A stretch of 61,886 bases of DNA, the filler included, from Chiloscyllium plagiosum (Eukaryota), in the NCBI RefSeq assembly GCF_004010195.1. It is 6 parts of one record of this genome, joined end to end, with 100 filler letters (N's around TTAATTAATTAA, not from the genome) between each part and the next. Parts side by side here need not be neighbours in the genome. Positions count along the whole stretch, not along the records: positions 12,643 to 33,219 come from NC_057711.1; positions 33,320 to 40,801 come from NC_057711.1; 4 more parts are not named here. One strand, given 5' to 3'. Below are positions 25,733 to 38,109 of the stretch, one piece after another. Below the pieces are notes generated by a model that searched no databases, was not told where the DNA came from, and saw only the letters and a program-made list of their open reading frames with translations. Position 1 is the stretch's first letter. Every line of letters starts with the position of its first letter. Both the position numbers and the translations under genes were made by a program.

Positions 25733-27116
25733 TTAATAAAGTAAGTGTCAGTCTATGGAAATAATGTTGCAGAATTCGGTAATGGAAAATATAGAGATGG
25801 GAGATGAACTTACAGATACTTTGCATCAATCCTCACTCAAAAAGATATAAGTCTCATCACAGAAATAGCTGATAATCAGGAATTGAAAGGGAAGGAGAAC
25901 TCAAGAAAATTGTAGTTACCATGGGACTAAATTGTTGGAACTATGAGTTGACACATCTTCAGTTCCTGATGAATTTCATCCAAGGGTGTGAAAAGAAATA
26001 ACTAGTGAAATAGGTGATGCATTGGCTTTAATTTTCCAAAGATTTGGAAAATAGCTAATGTAACTTCTTTATTCAAAAGGGGGGAAGGCACAAAGGAGGA
26101 AACTATAGGCTAGTTAGATTAATATCTGTCATAAGGAATTCATGCAAAGAGCATTTTTTGGAGTTCTTTGAAAAGTAACTTGTGTTGTTGATTAAAGGGG
26201 ATTAGAGGGTGTAGGCACTTAATAAGATACCACATCAAAGTTTATTGTGGAAATTAAAAGGTATGGTGTTGGGGATAACATATTGGCATTGTCAGAAGAT
26301 TAGCTGGCTAGCAGAAAGTAGAGAGTAGTAATACGACGGTATTTTTCTGGCTGGTAGGTGTGCCACAGGGGTGATCATTCAACTTATATAAATGTTTCAG
26401 ATGAAGGGACCAAAGGTCTGGCATAGATTTGCTGATGACACAAAGATAGGTAGAAAAGTGAGTTGTGAAGAGAACATAAGGAGCAAGCAAATGGATATAG
26501 ATAAGATATGAGTGGCATAGATTTGGCAAATTGAATACAATGTGGGAAACTGTGAAATAATCCATTTTGGCAGAAAGAAAACAAAATAAGCATGTTTTCT
26601 AAATGATGGGAGGTTACTAAACTCTGGTGATGCAGAGAAGATTTGACAGAAGTTTAGTTTGCAGTTACAGCAAATAAAACAGTACATTCCATTGTTTTAT
26701 TGCAAGGAAAATTGAATACCAGATAGGGAATTTGTGCTTCAGTTACACAGGGCATTGGTGAGACCACATCTGGAGTATTGTGTACAGTACTGGACACTGT
26801 GCTATGGAAGGATGAGAATATTTTGAAAGCATTTTAGAGAAGGTTTACTAGATTAATAAGTGGATTGTTTTATGAAGAATGGATAGTCAAGCTAGGTCTG
26901 TATTCTCTGGAACTGAGATGAGTCAAAGGTGACTTAATTGAAACATGTAAGATCCTGAGAGGACTTGATTGGATGGATATCAAAAGGATGTTTCTTCTTA
27001 TGGGAGAATCTAAAACTAGGAGTATTTGTTTAGAAATAATGGGTTTAAGGACATTTAAGCTGAAAATGTGTTGCTGGAAAAGCGCAGCAGGTCAGGCAGC
27101 ATCCAGGGAACAGGAG

Positions 27117-27152
27117 AATCGACGTTTCGGGCATAAGCCCTTCTTCAGGAAT
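27117..27152 (-). ncRNA. Minimal hammerhead ribozyme, core intact
   Basis: Reverse complement reads ATTC-CTGAAGA-A-GGGC-TTAT-GCCC-GAAAC-GTC-GATT. Confidence 0.8.
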
Positions 27153-27556
27153 GAGGAAAGTTTGTCCAGCAGGCTAAGATAAAAGGTAGGGAGGAGGGGC
27201 TTGGGGGAGGGGCGTCGGAAATGTGATAGGTGGAAAGAGGTCAAGGTGAGGGTGATAGGTCAGACTGGGGTGGGGGCGGAGAGGTCAGGAAGAAGATTGC
27301 AGGTTAGGAAGGCGGTGCTGAATTCGATGGATTTGACTGAGACAAATGACTCAGTTATTAAATGACTTTGAGCTGTTGGAAAACAGCAGTGACAATGGAG
27401 TGAATAACACCGCAGTCTCAAATCACGTTCTGTGGGCATCTGCTGTATTATTTAATGACACTGATCAAAGGCAGGGATTTGCAGAATTGTCATGGGTTTT
27501 TATCTTTCAAAGTCAAACTTTCCAACGCCGCGGAAGACCTAAACATGGAGGAAATT

Positions 27557-27675
27557 GTCCTTTATCTCAGTGGTAGCACACTTTCCCTGAGACAGCGGTT
27601 AAGAGTTCAAGACCCACTTTAGTACCTGAGCACCTCACACATGTTGACATTTCTCGCTGCACTGTCAGGAGATGT
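27557..27675 (+). mobile_element. Deu-domain (SacSINE1/AmnSINE1-like) tRNA SINE 5' fragment
   Basis: CTCAGTGGTAGCAC...GAGTTCAAGACCCAC...TGAGCAC...GCTGCACTGTCAGGAG, recognised from memory. Confidence 0.5.
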
Positions 27676-27678
27676 AGA

Positions 27679-27872
27679 GGAGGCAGGGGCCTTGTGGTAT
27701 TATCGCTGCAGTGTTAACCCTGAGACCCTGGTAATGTTCTGGAAACCCAGGTTTGAATTCTGCTATGGCAGATGGTCAAATTTGTATTTAATTAAAAACA
27801 AAATCTAGGGTTAAGAGTCTAATGATGACCACGAAACTGTTGTTGATTTTCGGAGAAACTCATTTGGTTCTC
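27679..27872 (+). mobile_element. Shark tRNA-derived SINE 5' part
   Basis: GGAGGCAGGGGCCTTGTGGTATTATCGCT...GGTTTGAATTC B-box...GATGACCACGAAAC. Confidence 0.55.
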
Positions 27873-27875
27873 CTT

Positions 27876-28026
27876 TAGACAATAGACAATAGGTGCAGGA
27901 GTAGGCTATTTTGCCCTTCGAGCCTGCACCGCCATTCAATATGATCGTGGCTGATCATCCTTAATCAGTATCCTGTTCCTGCCTTATCTCCATAACCCTT
28001 GATTCCACTATCCTTGAGAGCTCTAT
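27876..28026 (-). mobile_element. Young CR1 3' tail fragment
   Basis: (TAGACAA)2 tail then TAGGTGCAGGAGTAGGCTATTTTGCCCTTCGAGCC, with CpGs retained. Confidence 0.7.
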
Positions 28027-28073
28027 CCCCTCCTCCCTACCTTTTATCTTAGCCTGCTGGACAAACTTTCCTC

Positions 28074-28109
28074 ATTCCTGAAGAAGGGTTTATGCCCGAA
28101 ACGTCGATT
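28074..28109 (+). ncRNA. Minimal hammerhead ribozyme, core intact (G-U pair in stem II)
   Basis: CTGAAGA-A-GGGT-TTAT-GCCC-GAAAC-GTC. Confidence 0.75.
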
Positions 28110-31100
28110 CTCCTGTTCCCTGGATGCTGCCTGACCTGCTGCGCTTTTCCAGCAACACATTTTCAGCTCTGATCTCCAGCATCTGCAGACCTCACTTTCT
28201 CCTTAAGGACATTTAAGTCAAGGATAAAGTTTTTTTTTCTTTCAGAAGGTTGTGAGTCTTTGAATTCCCTTGCTCAAAAGGCAATGGATGCAAAACCTTT
28301 AAATATTTCTAATGCAGAGGTAGATACATTGATTGGATGAAAGGTTATCAGGGAAATACAGGTAAGGTCCAGCTGAGATTAAAATGAGATCAGCTAGGAT
28401 TTTATAGAATGGTGGAACAATCTTAAAAGGCCAAGTGCCTACTCTCTATCCTTGTTCATAAGTTTGTCTTCAGTCAAGTACAAATTTCCTCTGTGTTGCA
28501 GATAACTTCTCAAGTTTTGCTACATGTTTTCATTCCATCTCTCCTCTGTTTTCTCACAACCCAGACTTATTCCCAGGCCCATTCCAGGTTTTTTACAGTG
28601 TTGGTTAATAATACAGATCAATGGAGATAAACATTTGACCTTTATGAAATCTAACTCTATTGCCACATTCATATTGCTAGTGGGAGTACAGATAAACAGT
28701 GCTTGAACAACGATCTCTGACCTCTAGCCTATACTTGCATCTATGTGCTATTCATCTGAGCAGAAGGCTAACAAAAGATGATGCTACTTCATAAGTTTCT
28801 ATACTGTAGTCTGAGGATTCAGGAAACCCTGAGCAGAACTTTATTAGCTTTGACATTTTTCTGCCCTGAGTTTGAAAGTAGATCCCAAACATCATTAGTG
28901 TCACCTGGCTGCACAGAAAATATAAGTAGGTCCTTCATGAAATTGTTTACTTCAAATTAATCATTTAATACATTTTTGTGTGAAAGTAACTTTGAACTCA
29001 TAAGATGAGGCAATTGTAATTGGTTCCATGATATTTTACTGTAAAAGCTTACATGTCCAAATGTAAGCTGCTATTAAAATAATTTATTAATGGTATTTTG
29101 TTACTTAGCAAACTTAGTTTCTTAAAAAAAATTCAGGGGTGGTGAAACCTCAAAGGCTTATTAGGTCTTCCAATCTTTAAGTAAGTTAAAGAGTCAGTGC
29201 ACTCTGCTCTATATTACCATATCACTGGTTAAAATAACAGAAAAACCGCAACTGGCACAAGTGATATTGCCAGTCCTTAGACTATTGCAAAGTCCTTAGA
29301 GATTAAATTCAGTTTTACTTCAACATATTCCTTGAAATATTTTAATTTTAGCTAAACTTTAAAAAGAATTAATTTTAAAGGAAAATGACCAATATCAAAG
29401 TACATGATAAATAAAGTTGGCTAGCAAAGTAAGCCATGAAGTGAATGCAAAATTGTTGCAAAAAAAATTGACTGGTTATGTTATTGAACTGAAGGTCACA
29501 GAAGGAGCATAATGTGGAAAAATGTTAAATTAATTCACCAAGCAACTTCAGTTTGGTCATTTTCACACGCGTTGAAACTTTTACTTAGAAGCATTGTTTT
29601 CTACAATACAACACAGAAACGTACAATTCAAAACTGGACGAATTCAGGTCCACTGGTTAAAAACTGATTTAAAATGCTTACTGGAAATAATTGTGATTAA
29701 TAACAGAATTTCATTTTCTATTTTTTATGCCATTATCTAAATTTTCATAAAATAAAGCACGTAAAAAATGCAGACAGTGAATAATGCAGCCTCAGTATAC
29801 ATCATGGCTTTATTTGAAGCCAAACTCTGAAATCGGCACAGTCACATTTAGTTTTAGTATGGTAGTATTTTATATTTAAGTATACAGTGTATTACTATGA
29901 CACAAGGACTATGAGCTCATCACAATGCTTTATGTTGTTTCTCTATGAATTCCAGTGTTATTCTTCCAAATTCAAATGAGATGATCGTGAGAAGCCTGAC
30001 TAGCGTAACATGTTCAAATATATGAAAGAAGAATTCAATTGATATCAGAGACAATTTTTACTATGAAAACTTCAATGTGACTTCCTTGGAAAAAATTAGT
30101 AGATTACCTATTTTCTTGCACAGTGGGCTTCAGTTTATCATTTTTCCAGGTACACTATTTTTCATAACTGAGTTAGACTAATCATCTCCAGACAATATCC
30201 GTTCAACTGTCAGAGGCTGAAAGAATTGATGTAGAGTACAGGAGTTCTGAAAGATTAATTAATTTAGGCTAACAGCCAAACAAAATATACCCAGAACAAC
30301 CGAGGATTACAGCTTTTCTGCTCAAAGTGCTATACTCCTCAAACGGAAACCCTCACATTATTTTCCTGGATCAGTTCTCAGATCACTGGGGATTATTTTG
30401 TTACATTTTCAGGATGGTTCAATTTCCTAACAAATGACACTGCACTGAAACATTGGGATAAAATGATCTTCTTCTAGTTTTAAACAATCATTAAAGCAGA
30501 AAAAATGCAATTTATGAAATGAAGAACTCATTAGTTCATGTGACAGTGTTAAAATACTTGTTACAAAACCATGACAACAACAAAAAGGAAAACAATCACT
30601 ACAAACCAACCATAAAAGTAAAAGGTACTCCAAGGTTGTAGGAAATGTAATGAGTACAAATTTTGCAATACACAAAACAGGAAATGTTTTATAATGACCA
30701 TGGAATTAAAGAAAAGCAACAATTTTGAATTGTTTGAGTTTAAAACTCAAGACAGATGTATATGGGCTCTAACTCATTATTAACAATTCTACACCATTGT
30801 ATAAACTTTAAACTTAAGTTAAGAACTTGTACCAGTGGAATCTATTGCAGAGCTGACAATTGATCCATTAATTTAATGTTGTCCAGCTAATGGTTATTAA
30901 TACTTATTTAAATCCACTTGACAATTATCACTGAGAAAGTAATGTGAATGACAAAATATTTACCACAACTCCCAGCCATTTTCTTGCACTGACACAAGAA
31001 GAACCAGAAATCTAAAAGCAGTGGACCATGAATAAGAATTATTTCTAATATTATCTGGTCCTTTTTATAAGCCATTTTAGAATATTTACAATATGGAAAG

Positions 31101-31789
31101 AAATGATTAAGGAATCACCACAGTTTTTAAGTTTTACAGAGCTTTTGTTTAGAAGACTAAGCATTCTCCAGTGCTTTCATGGAAATGAGAGTCTACGTTA
31201 TGCAATGATTTATGCACTTTCTTTGTGTTGCAGGAAAGATATTCTTGGATCTGGAATGTTTCATTATTGTGATAGAATTGAAACAAAGGGATAGCAATGA
31301 AAATTAAAATTTCAAGGAATCAGTAGTGTTATGTTTTACATTGACGGTCAAAAGGATAATAATGAAGCTTAAGAACACAGAAACAATTTCCTTTGATTGG
31401 TAAATTCTGAATAAGAATCATGACCATTTAGTCAGAGCCAGGTCATTCAGCATGAAACACTTCGTAATGCAAAAGATGGTGATAACTGGAATAGTCTTCT
31501 CTGAAAGATCATGTTTGCTGGCTCAGTTGGAGCTTTCAGAACTTTAATAGGTAGACTTTTAGTTGGTAAGGGTATGGTGAGAAAGCAGGTAAATTAAACT
31601 GTGATGCAGTTCTATGGTAGAACAGGCTACACAAGCAGAATGGCCTTTGTCTGTCCCTAATGTATCTATGCTCTTAACCCCACTGTCTCTTTGACCTGTT
31701 GCCAGGTTTGTTTGATTGTGGTTACTTATTTTCTATCAGCAGTCTTGTGGTGGTGTGGGTAACATCTCTGAGTCAGAAACTATATCCTT

Positions 31790-33219
31790 GATGTTCTCAA
31801 AGGGAGAGGGGCCAGCAAGAGGTCATTACCCACATTGGAACTAACGACCTAGGAAGGGAAAAGGTTGAGATTCTGAAGGGAGATTACAAAGAGTTAGGCA
31901 GGAATTTAAAAAGGAAGTCCTCGAGAGTAGTACTATCTGGATTACTCCCGGTGCTACGAGCTAGTGAGGGCAGGAATAGGAGGATAGAGCAGATGAATGC
32001 ATGGCTGAGGAGCTGGTGTATAGGAGAAAGATTCTCATATTTGGACCATTGGAATCTCTTTTGGGGTAGAAGTGACCTGTACAAGAAGGACAGATTGCAC
32101 CTAAATTGGAAGGGGACTAATATACCAGCAGGGAGTATTGCTAGAGCTGCTCGGGAGGATTTAAACTAGCAAGGTGAGGGGATGGGACCCAGGGAGATAG
32201 TGAGGAAAGAGATCAATCTGAGACTGGTACAGTTGAGAACAAAAGTGAGTCAAACAGTCAAGGCAGGCAGGGACAAGGTAGGACAAATAAATTAAACTGC
32301 ATTTATTTCAATGTAAGGGGCCTAACAGGGAAGGCAGATGAACTCAGGGCATTGTTAGGAACATGGGACTGGGATATCATAGCAATTACAGAAACATGGC
32401 TCAGGGATGGGCAGTACTGGCAGTTCAATGTTCCAGGTTAAAAATGCTACAGGAAGGATAGAAAGGGAGGCAAGAGAGGCGGGGTGGCATTTTGATAAGG
32501 GATAGCATTACAGCTGTGCTGAGGGAGGATATTCCTGGAAATACATCCAGGGAGGTTATTTGGGTGGAACTGAGAAATAAGACAGGGATGATCACCTTAT
32601 TGGGATTTAATATAGACCCCCTAATAGTCAGAGGGACCTTGAGAAACAAACTTGTAAGGAGATCTCAGCTCTCTGTAAGAATAATAGGGTGGTCATGGTA
32701 GGGGATATTAATTTTCCAAATATAGACTGAGACTGCCATAGTGTTGAGGGTTTAGATGGAGAGTGTGTATAAGAAAACTTTCTAATTCAGTATGTGGATG
32801 TATCTACTAGAGAAGGAGCAAAGCTTGACCTACTGTTGGGAAATAAGGCAGGGCAGGTGACTTAGGTGTCAATGTGGGAGCACTTTGGGGCCAGCGACCA
32901 TAATTTTATTAGATTTAAAATAGTAATGGAAAAGGATAGATTAGATCTAAAAGTTGAAGTTCTAAATTGGATAAAGTCCAATTTTGACGGTATTAAGCAA
33001 GAACTTTCGAAAGCTGGTTGGGGGCAAATGTTCACAGGTAAAGGGACGGCTGGAAAATGGGAAGCCTTCAGAAATGAGATAACGAGAATCCAGAGAAAGT
33101 ATATTCCTATTAGGGTGAAAGGAAAGGCTGGTAGGTATAGGGAATGCTGGATGACTAAAGAAATTGAGGGTTTGGTTAAGAAAAAGGAAGCATATGTCAG
33201 GTATAGACAGGATAGATCG
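31790..33219 (+). mobile_element. CR1 LINE ORF1 esterase C-terminus + ORF2 endonuclease
   Basis: HIGTNDL and NAWLRSWC..FSYLDHW..DLYKKDRLHLN (SGNH), then IIAITETWL and FGASDHN. Confidence 0.9.
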
Positions 33220-33319
33220 NNNNNNNNNNNNNNNNNNNNNNNNNNNNNNNNNNNNNNNNNNNNTTAATTAATTAANNNNNNNNNNNNNNNNNNNNNNNNN
33301 NNNNNNNNNNNNNNNNNNN

Positions 33320-33572
33320 GCCTTCCTAACCTGCAATCTTCTTCCTGACCTCTCCGCCCCCACCCCACTCTCGCTATAACCCCCACCTTGACCTCTTTCC
33401 ACATATCACATTTCCGACGCCCCTCCCCCAAGTCCCTCCTCCCTACCTTTTATCTTAGCCTGCTGGACACACTTTCCTCATTCCTGAGGAAGGGTTATGC
33501 CTGAAACGTCGATTCTCCTATTCCTTGGATGCTGCCTGACCTGCTGCGCTTTTCCAGCTACACATTTTCAGC
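33320..33572 (+). mobile_element. PLE pLTR arm with near-intact hammerhead (about 33480-33514)
   Basis: Same arm as 12643-12867; CTGAGGA-AGGGTTATGCCT-GAAAC-GTC. Confidence 0.8.
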
Positions 33573-33763
33573 TAAAGAGTTACTGTCACTGATTATAATA
33601 TTTCAAAACTTCCTGGACTCTAGAATGGTCCTGGCAGATGGATTCCTTGGATGCTGCCTGACCTGCTGCGCTTTTCCAGCTACACATTTTCAGCTAAAGA
33701 GTTACTGTCACTGATTATAATATTTCAAAACTTCCTGGACTCTAGAATGGTCCTGGCAGATGG
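33520..33763. repeat. 122-bp tandem duplication
   Basis: 33520-33641 is repeated, apparently identically, at 33642-33763. Confidence 0.9.
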
Positions 33764-35751
33764 AAAACTAGCAAATATAACCGTTATTCAAGAAAGACAG
33801 TCGAGATAAAGCAAGGAAGTACAAGCTATTAAGCCTGTCATTAGTCATTTGGGTTTTTAAAATTCATTCATTGATGTAAGTATCACTAAATAGGCCTGCA
33901 TTTATTGCCCATCCCTAAGTTGCCTGGCCTGGAGGAGATAACAATGAGCTGCCTTCGTGAACATCTTTGGTCCACATGGTGTATGTGCAGTGCTGTCAGG
34001 GAGGGAGTTATATGATTCTGACCCAAGATGCTGGAAACTATTATTAAGACAATCTTCATAATGTACTTAGCAAATTATAATCAGACGGTATGGTTTTACA
34101 GCAATGAAATTGTGCTGCACAATTTTATTAGCATTATTTTGGGGATGCATCTAACATGATTTATGAAGGAGATCCATCAGTATAGTATCGTTTGATTTTC
34201 AGAAAGGGATTTGATATATCAGCACAAGATGGAGGTAAGGTTAATATATTAATGTTAAAGAAGGATTGGTTAACAGACAGGAAGCAAAGGGGAAAACATG
34301 ATATTTTGGAGTGCCACAAGGACCAATGCTGAAGCTTCAGCTTTTATAATTCATGTATTTGATTTCAAGTCAGTATTCCTGGGCCAGGAGGCCCAGGTTC
34401 AAATTCCAACTGCTCCAAAAGTGTGTAATAACATCTCTGAGCAGGTTGATTAGAAAATTAGATTGAAAGAGAGACCAAGAGTGATGTGTCTAGGTTTGAG
34501 TGAAAATGTAAAACTAAGTGAGAATGCAAGTTCTAAAAAGGGCACAAAGGTTGCAAAGAGACAGGTAAGTGATCAGCATCAAGTGGCAAGTGGAGCACAG
34601 TGTGAGAATGGGTGAGGTTATTCACTCTCATAGCAAGAATAGAAAAGTATGATGTTTTAAAAGATGTGAAACTTTTAAAAAATGAAGTACTCAGACAAGG
34701 AACACAGTATGCAGGCACTTCACACAGTTAGGAAGCTAAATGCTAAGTTAATTCTTAAGTACACAGAAATCTTTTTACAATTTTATAAGAGTTTGATGAA
34801 ACCTTGCCTGGAATACTGTGGATATCTTTTGGCTTCATAACTAAGGAAAGATTGGTTTTTATTCATTCAGGGGATGTGGGCATCGCTGGTGGGAAAGCAT
34901 TCATTGCTCTCCCCAGTTGCCCTTGAGAAGGTGGTAGTGAGCTGCCTTCTTGAACTGCTATGGTCTGTTGGTGTAGGTCAATTTACAATGCAGATAGAGA
35001 GGAAGTGCCAGGACTTTGACCCAATAACAGTGAAGGGATGGAAAATATATTAATATTCAGAGGTCAGAATCATGAGTAGCTTGGAGAGGAACTTGGAGAT
35101 ATTGGTATGTCCTTATATTCTTCTAGATGGTAATGGTTGTGAGATTGCAAGGTTCTATCTATGGAATCTTGGTGAATTTCTGCTGTTCATTTTGTAAATG
35201 GCACAGGCTACTGTTACTATACCTCATTAATGGTGGGAGACAATATTTGTGGATGTGCCAATCAAGCAGGCTTCTTCTCCATGTGGTTGAGTTTTTTTGA
35301 CTGTTGTTGGAGCTGCAGTCATTCAGGGCTGTGGCAAAGTATTCTATCACACTCCTGGTGTCCTTATAGATGGTGGACAGACTTTGACGCATTAGAAAAT
35401 GAGTTACTCTCTGCGGAATTCCTAGTCTCTGACCGACTCTTGTGGGTGGAGTATTTCTAGGTTGGTCCATTTAAACCTTTGCTCAATGATAATCCCAGGA
35501 TGTTCATAGTGAAGTATTCGGTGATGGTAAAGCTATTGAATGTCAAGGGAAAATGTTTGAATTTACTCTTGTCAGAGCTAGTCATTGCTTTGCATTTTTT
35601 TGATGTGATTTTTACTTGCCACATACCAGCCCAAGCCTGAATGTTGTCCAAGTCTTACTGCATTTGGACATGAACTGATTCAATATTTGAAGAATCACGA
35701 ATAGTGCTGAGCATTGTGCAATCAGTGAACACACTTACAACTATTGTTGAC

Positions 35752-35946
35752 GCCATGATGTGGAGGTGCTGGTTTTGGACTGTAGCACTGCTCCTTCATC
35801 AGGTAGCTGTGTATTTGGAAGCACTAGGTTTCAGAGCGCTGCTCCTTCCTCAGGTAGCTGATGAAGGAGCAGCACTCCAAAAGCTAGTACTTCCAAATAA
35901 ACCTGTTGGACTATAATCTGGTGTTGTGTAATTTTTAACTTTATCC
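35752..35946. mobile_element. Miniature fold-back unit of another PLE family (GGAG-stem hammerhead)
   Basis: Plus strand CTGATGA-A-GGAG-CAGCA-CTCC-AAAAG-CTA at 35858-35886. Two minus-strand copies at about 35787-35806 and 35824-35855. Confidence 0.75.
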
Positions 35947-36291
35947 TTACGTATATGTCATATGATAGAAGGAAGTTTAGTGATGAAGCAGCTGAAGATG
36001 GTTGAACCAAACCCAAAATGAGGAACTCCATCAATAATGTCCTGAATTTGCAATCAATGACCTTGAGTAACCACAACCATCTTTCTTTGTACTAGATAGT
36101 TTTCTCCTGATTCACACTCACTCTAAATGTAGGGCTCCTTGAATTGTGGCCTTGATCTCAAGGGCAGTCATTGTCACTGCATTTGTAGGATATAGTTCTT
36201 TCGCCCAATTTTGTACCAAGGCAATGATAAGATCAGGTGCTGACCTTGGAGATACTCAAACTGATCATCAGTGAGCCGATTATTTGGTGCT

Positions 36292-36930
36292 TGATATGGA
36301 ATGATGCTGCTCCTTTAACAAGGTTATGGTGTCCTTGGCCGTTTTTTCCAGAGAGGTTGTAAAAGACACAGACTCAGAAAAGTCTAAGTTGAAGGGTTTT
36401 AGGGACAGTTTGATGAGAGCTAACAGATACTGCCTCAAGCAAAAGGCTTTTAAATTTAAAAAAACTTGTACAATGAAAGGGGAGTGGCTCAGCTTTTCTC
36501 TGGTTTGGTTTGATTTTTGCTTGTCTGACATTCACGGAAGGCAACCAGGCAGTTGAAAAAGCTGCTGGATCCAAAGAAGCAGGTCCAAGCTGATCCTCCT
36601 GTCCTTCTGACATCTCTCCTGTAAAACCCTGTGTTTGATTTTACCTTTTGTGCCAAGGGGTGTTTATGGAGATTGCTGCAAATATTTGGAACACCATCAT
36701 TAAGTTGGGATGATCTGTTGGGTTTATGGATAGACTAAGGTATTCAGTATTTTGTCCTCTTTTGTTAGTGTTTCATTCGATAATCTTGTAAATACATTCT
36801 GTTTCCTTCAAAACTAACTCACCAAGTGCATCTCTCCTGGAATACCCACATTACACCTGCTCAAAACAACAAGCAAAGTTAGGGTCTCGGCTACTTTCTT
36901 GAAATGTTTTGAGGGGTCTGGTCCATAACA
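36292..36930. mobile_element. Solo LTR
   Basis: Ends GGTCTGGTCCATAACA and starts TG(A/T)TATGG-like. It interrupts the LINE and is related, in opposite orientation, to 57210-57844. Left boundary uncertain. Confidence 0.6.
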
Positions 36931-37240
36931 GAGCACTGTTGATGGCCTCTTCAATACCTTTAGAGATAAATGAGAATGGACTGAAGGGTCAGTAATGTGT
37001 TAGGTTGGATTTGTGCTGCCGATTGTTGAAAGACATATCTGGAGAATTTTCAATATTATTAATTGTCGCTGTATTGGAACAGTTTGAATAGGGCTACAGC
37101 AAGATCTGGAGAATATGTCTTCAGTATCATTGCTGGAATATTGTAGGGCTCATAGGCTTTGCAACATCCAGTGCACTTCACCGATATGGAGTGAAGCAAA
37201 TTGGCTGACAACTACTATTTTTGATACCGGGATCCTCTAG

Positions 37241-37550
37241 AGCGGCAAGGTGGTTAGCACTGTTGCCTCTTAGCACCAAGGACTCAAGTTTGATTCCGGG
37301 CTCAGGCAACTGTCTGTGTGGAGTTTGCACATTCTTCCTGTGTCTGCTTGGGTTTTCTCCGGGTGCTCCAGTTTCCTCCCACAGTCCAAAGATGTGCAGG
37401 TCAGGTGAATTGGCTATTGTAATTGCCCATAGTGTTAGGTACATTAGTCAGAGAGAAATGGGTCTAGGTGGGTTACTCTTCGGAGGGTCGGTGTGGACTG
37501 GTTAGGCCGAAGGGCCTGTTTCCACACTATGGGGAATCTAATCTAATCTA
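37241..37550 (+). mobile_element. HE1-type V-SINE
   Basis: Same head, V-domain and tail as 6445-6776; (AATCT)n tail. Confidence 0.85.
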
Positions 37551-37679
37551 GGAGGTGAAGACAGGTCATCTATTTGGCACTTCTTGCTGAAGATTGCTGG
37601 TCCTCCACTCTTCATATTACATGCATTTGAGACAGTACAACAAATGTTTACTTGATGTATTGGTCCTTGCAATGTGAGG

Positions 37680-38107
37680 TTATTCAAGATGAGGGGCTGA
37701 ATAAATTAGGCCTATATTCTCCAATGTTTAGAAAAATGAGAGGTGATCTAACTGAAACACAAATGAAGAATGTCAGAGGGCATGCCAGGAACAGCACAAA
37801 GCCAAATTGATAAATTGACATTTGGATTTAGGAAAATACATTAATCTACTATTAAGGAAGTAGTAGCAGTACAGTTAGAAAACTGAAACAGAAGAGGTCA
37901 AGTCAGCATGGTTTTGTGAAAGGGAAATCATGTGTGACTATTTTGTTTGAGCTCTTTGAGGGTGTAACAAGGAGGATAGATGGAGGAGAGCCAGTAGCTG
38001 TAGTTACTTAAATTTGCAAAAAGCATTCAATAAGATGCCATTTAAAAGGCTACTGCATAATGTAACAGCTCAAATTAGCATTGATAGAGGATTGGCTATC
38101 TAACAGT
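37680..38107 (+). mobile_element. CR1 fragments
   Basis: SQHGFVKGKSCVT...FEGVT motif at about 37900-37970. Confidence 0.65.
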
Positions 38108-38109
38108 AA

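Larger units (their letters stand above)
27060..28202. mobile_element. PLE fold-back unit enclosing about 680 bp of unrelated sequence
   Basis: Arms at 27060-27345(-) and 28027-28202(+). 15-bp TSD TTAAGGACATTTAAG at 27045-27059 and 28203-28217. Confidence 0.8.
25200..28470 (+). mobile_element. Old CR1 LINE ORF2 remnant interrupted by two PLE units
   Basis: FADDTKIG at about 26428 and LVRPHLEYCVQYW at about 26755. The sequence resumes across both TSDs. Confidence 0.75.
34855..37225 (-). mobile_element. Old CR1/L2-type LINE (RT to tail) interrupted by a PLE unit and a solo LTR
   Basis: ORF 35457-35651(-) LDNIQAWAGMWQVKITSKKCKAM; tail at about 34860. Confidence 0.7.
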
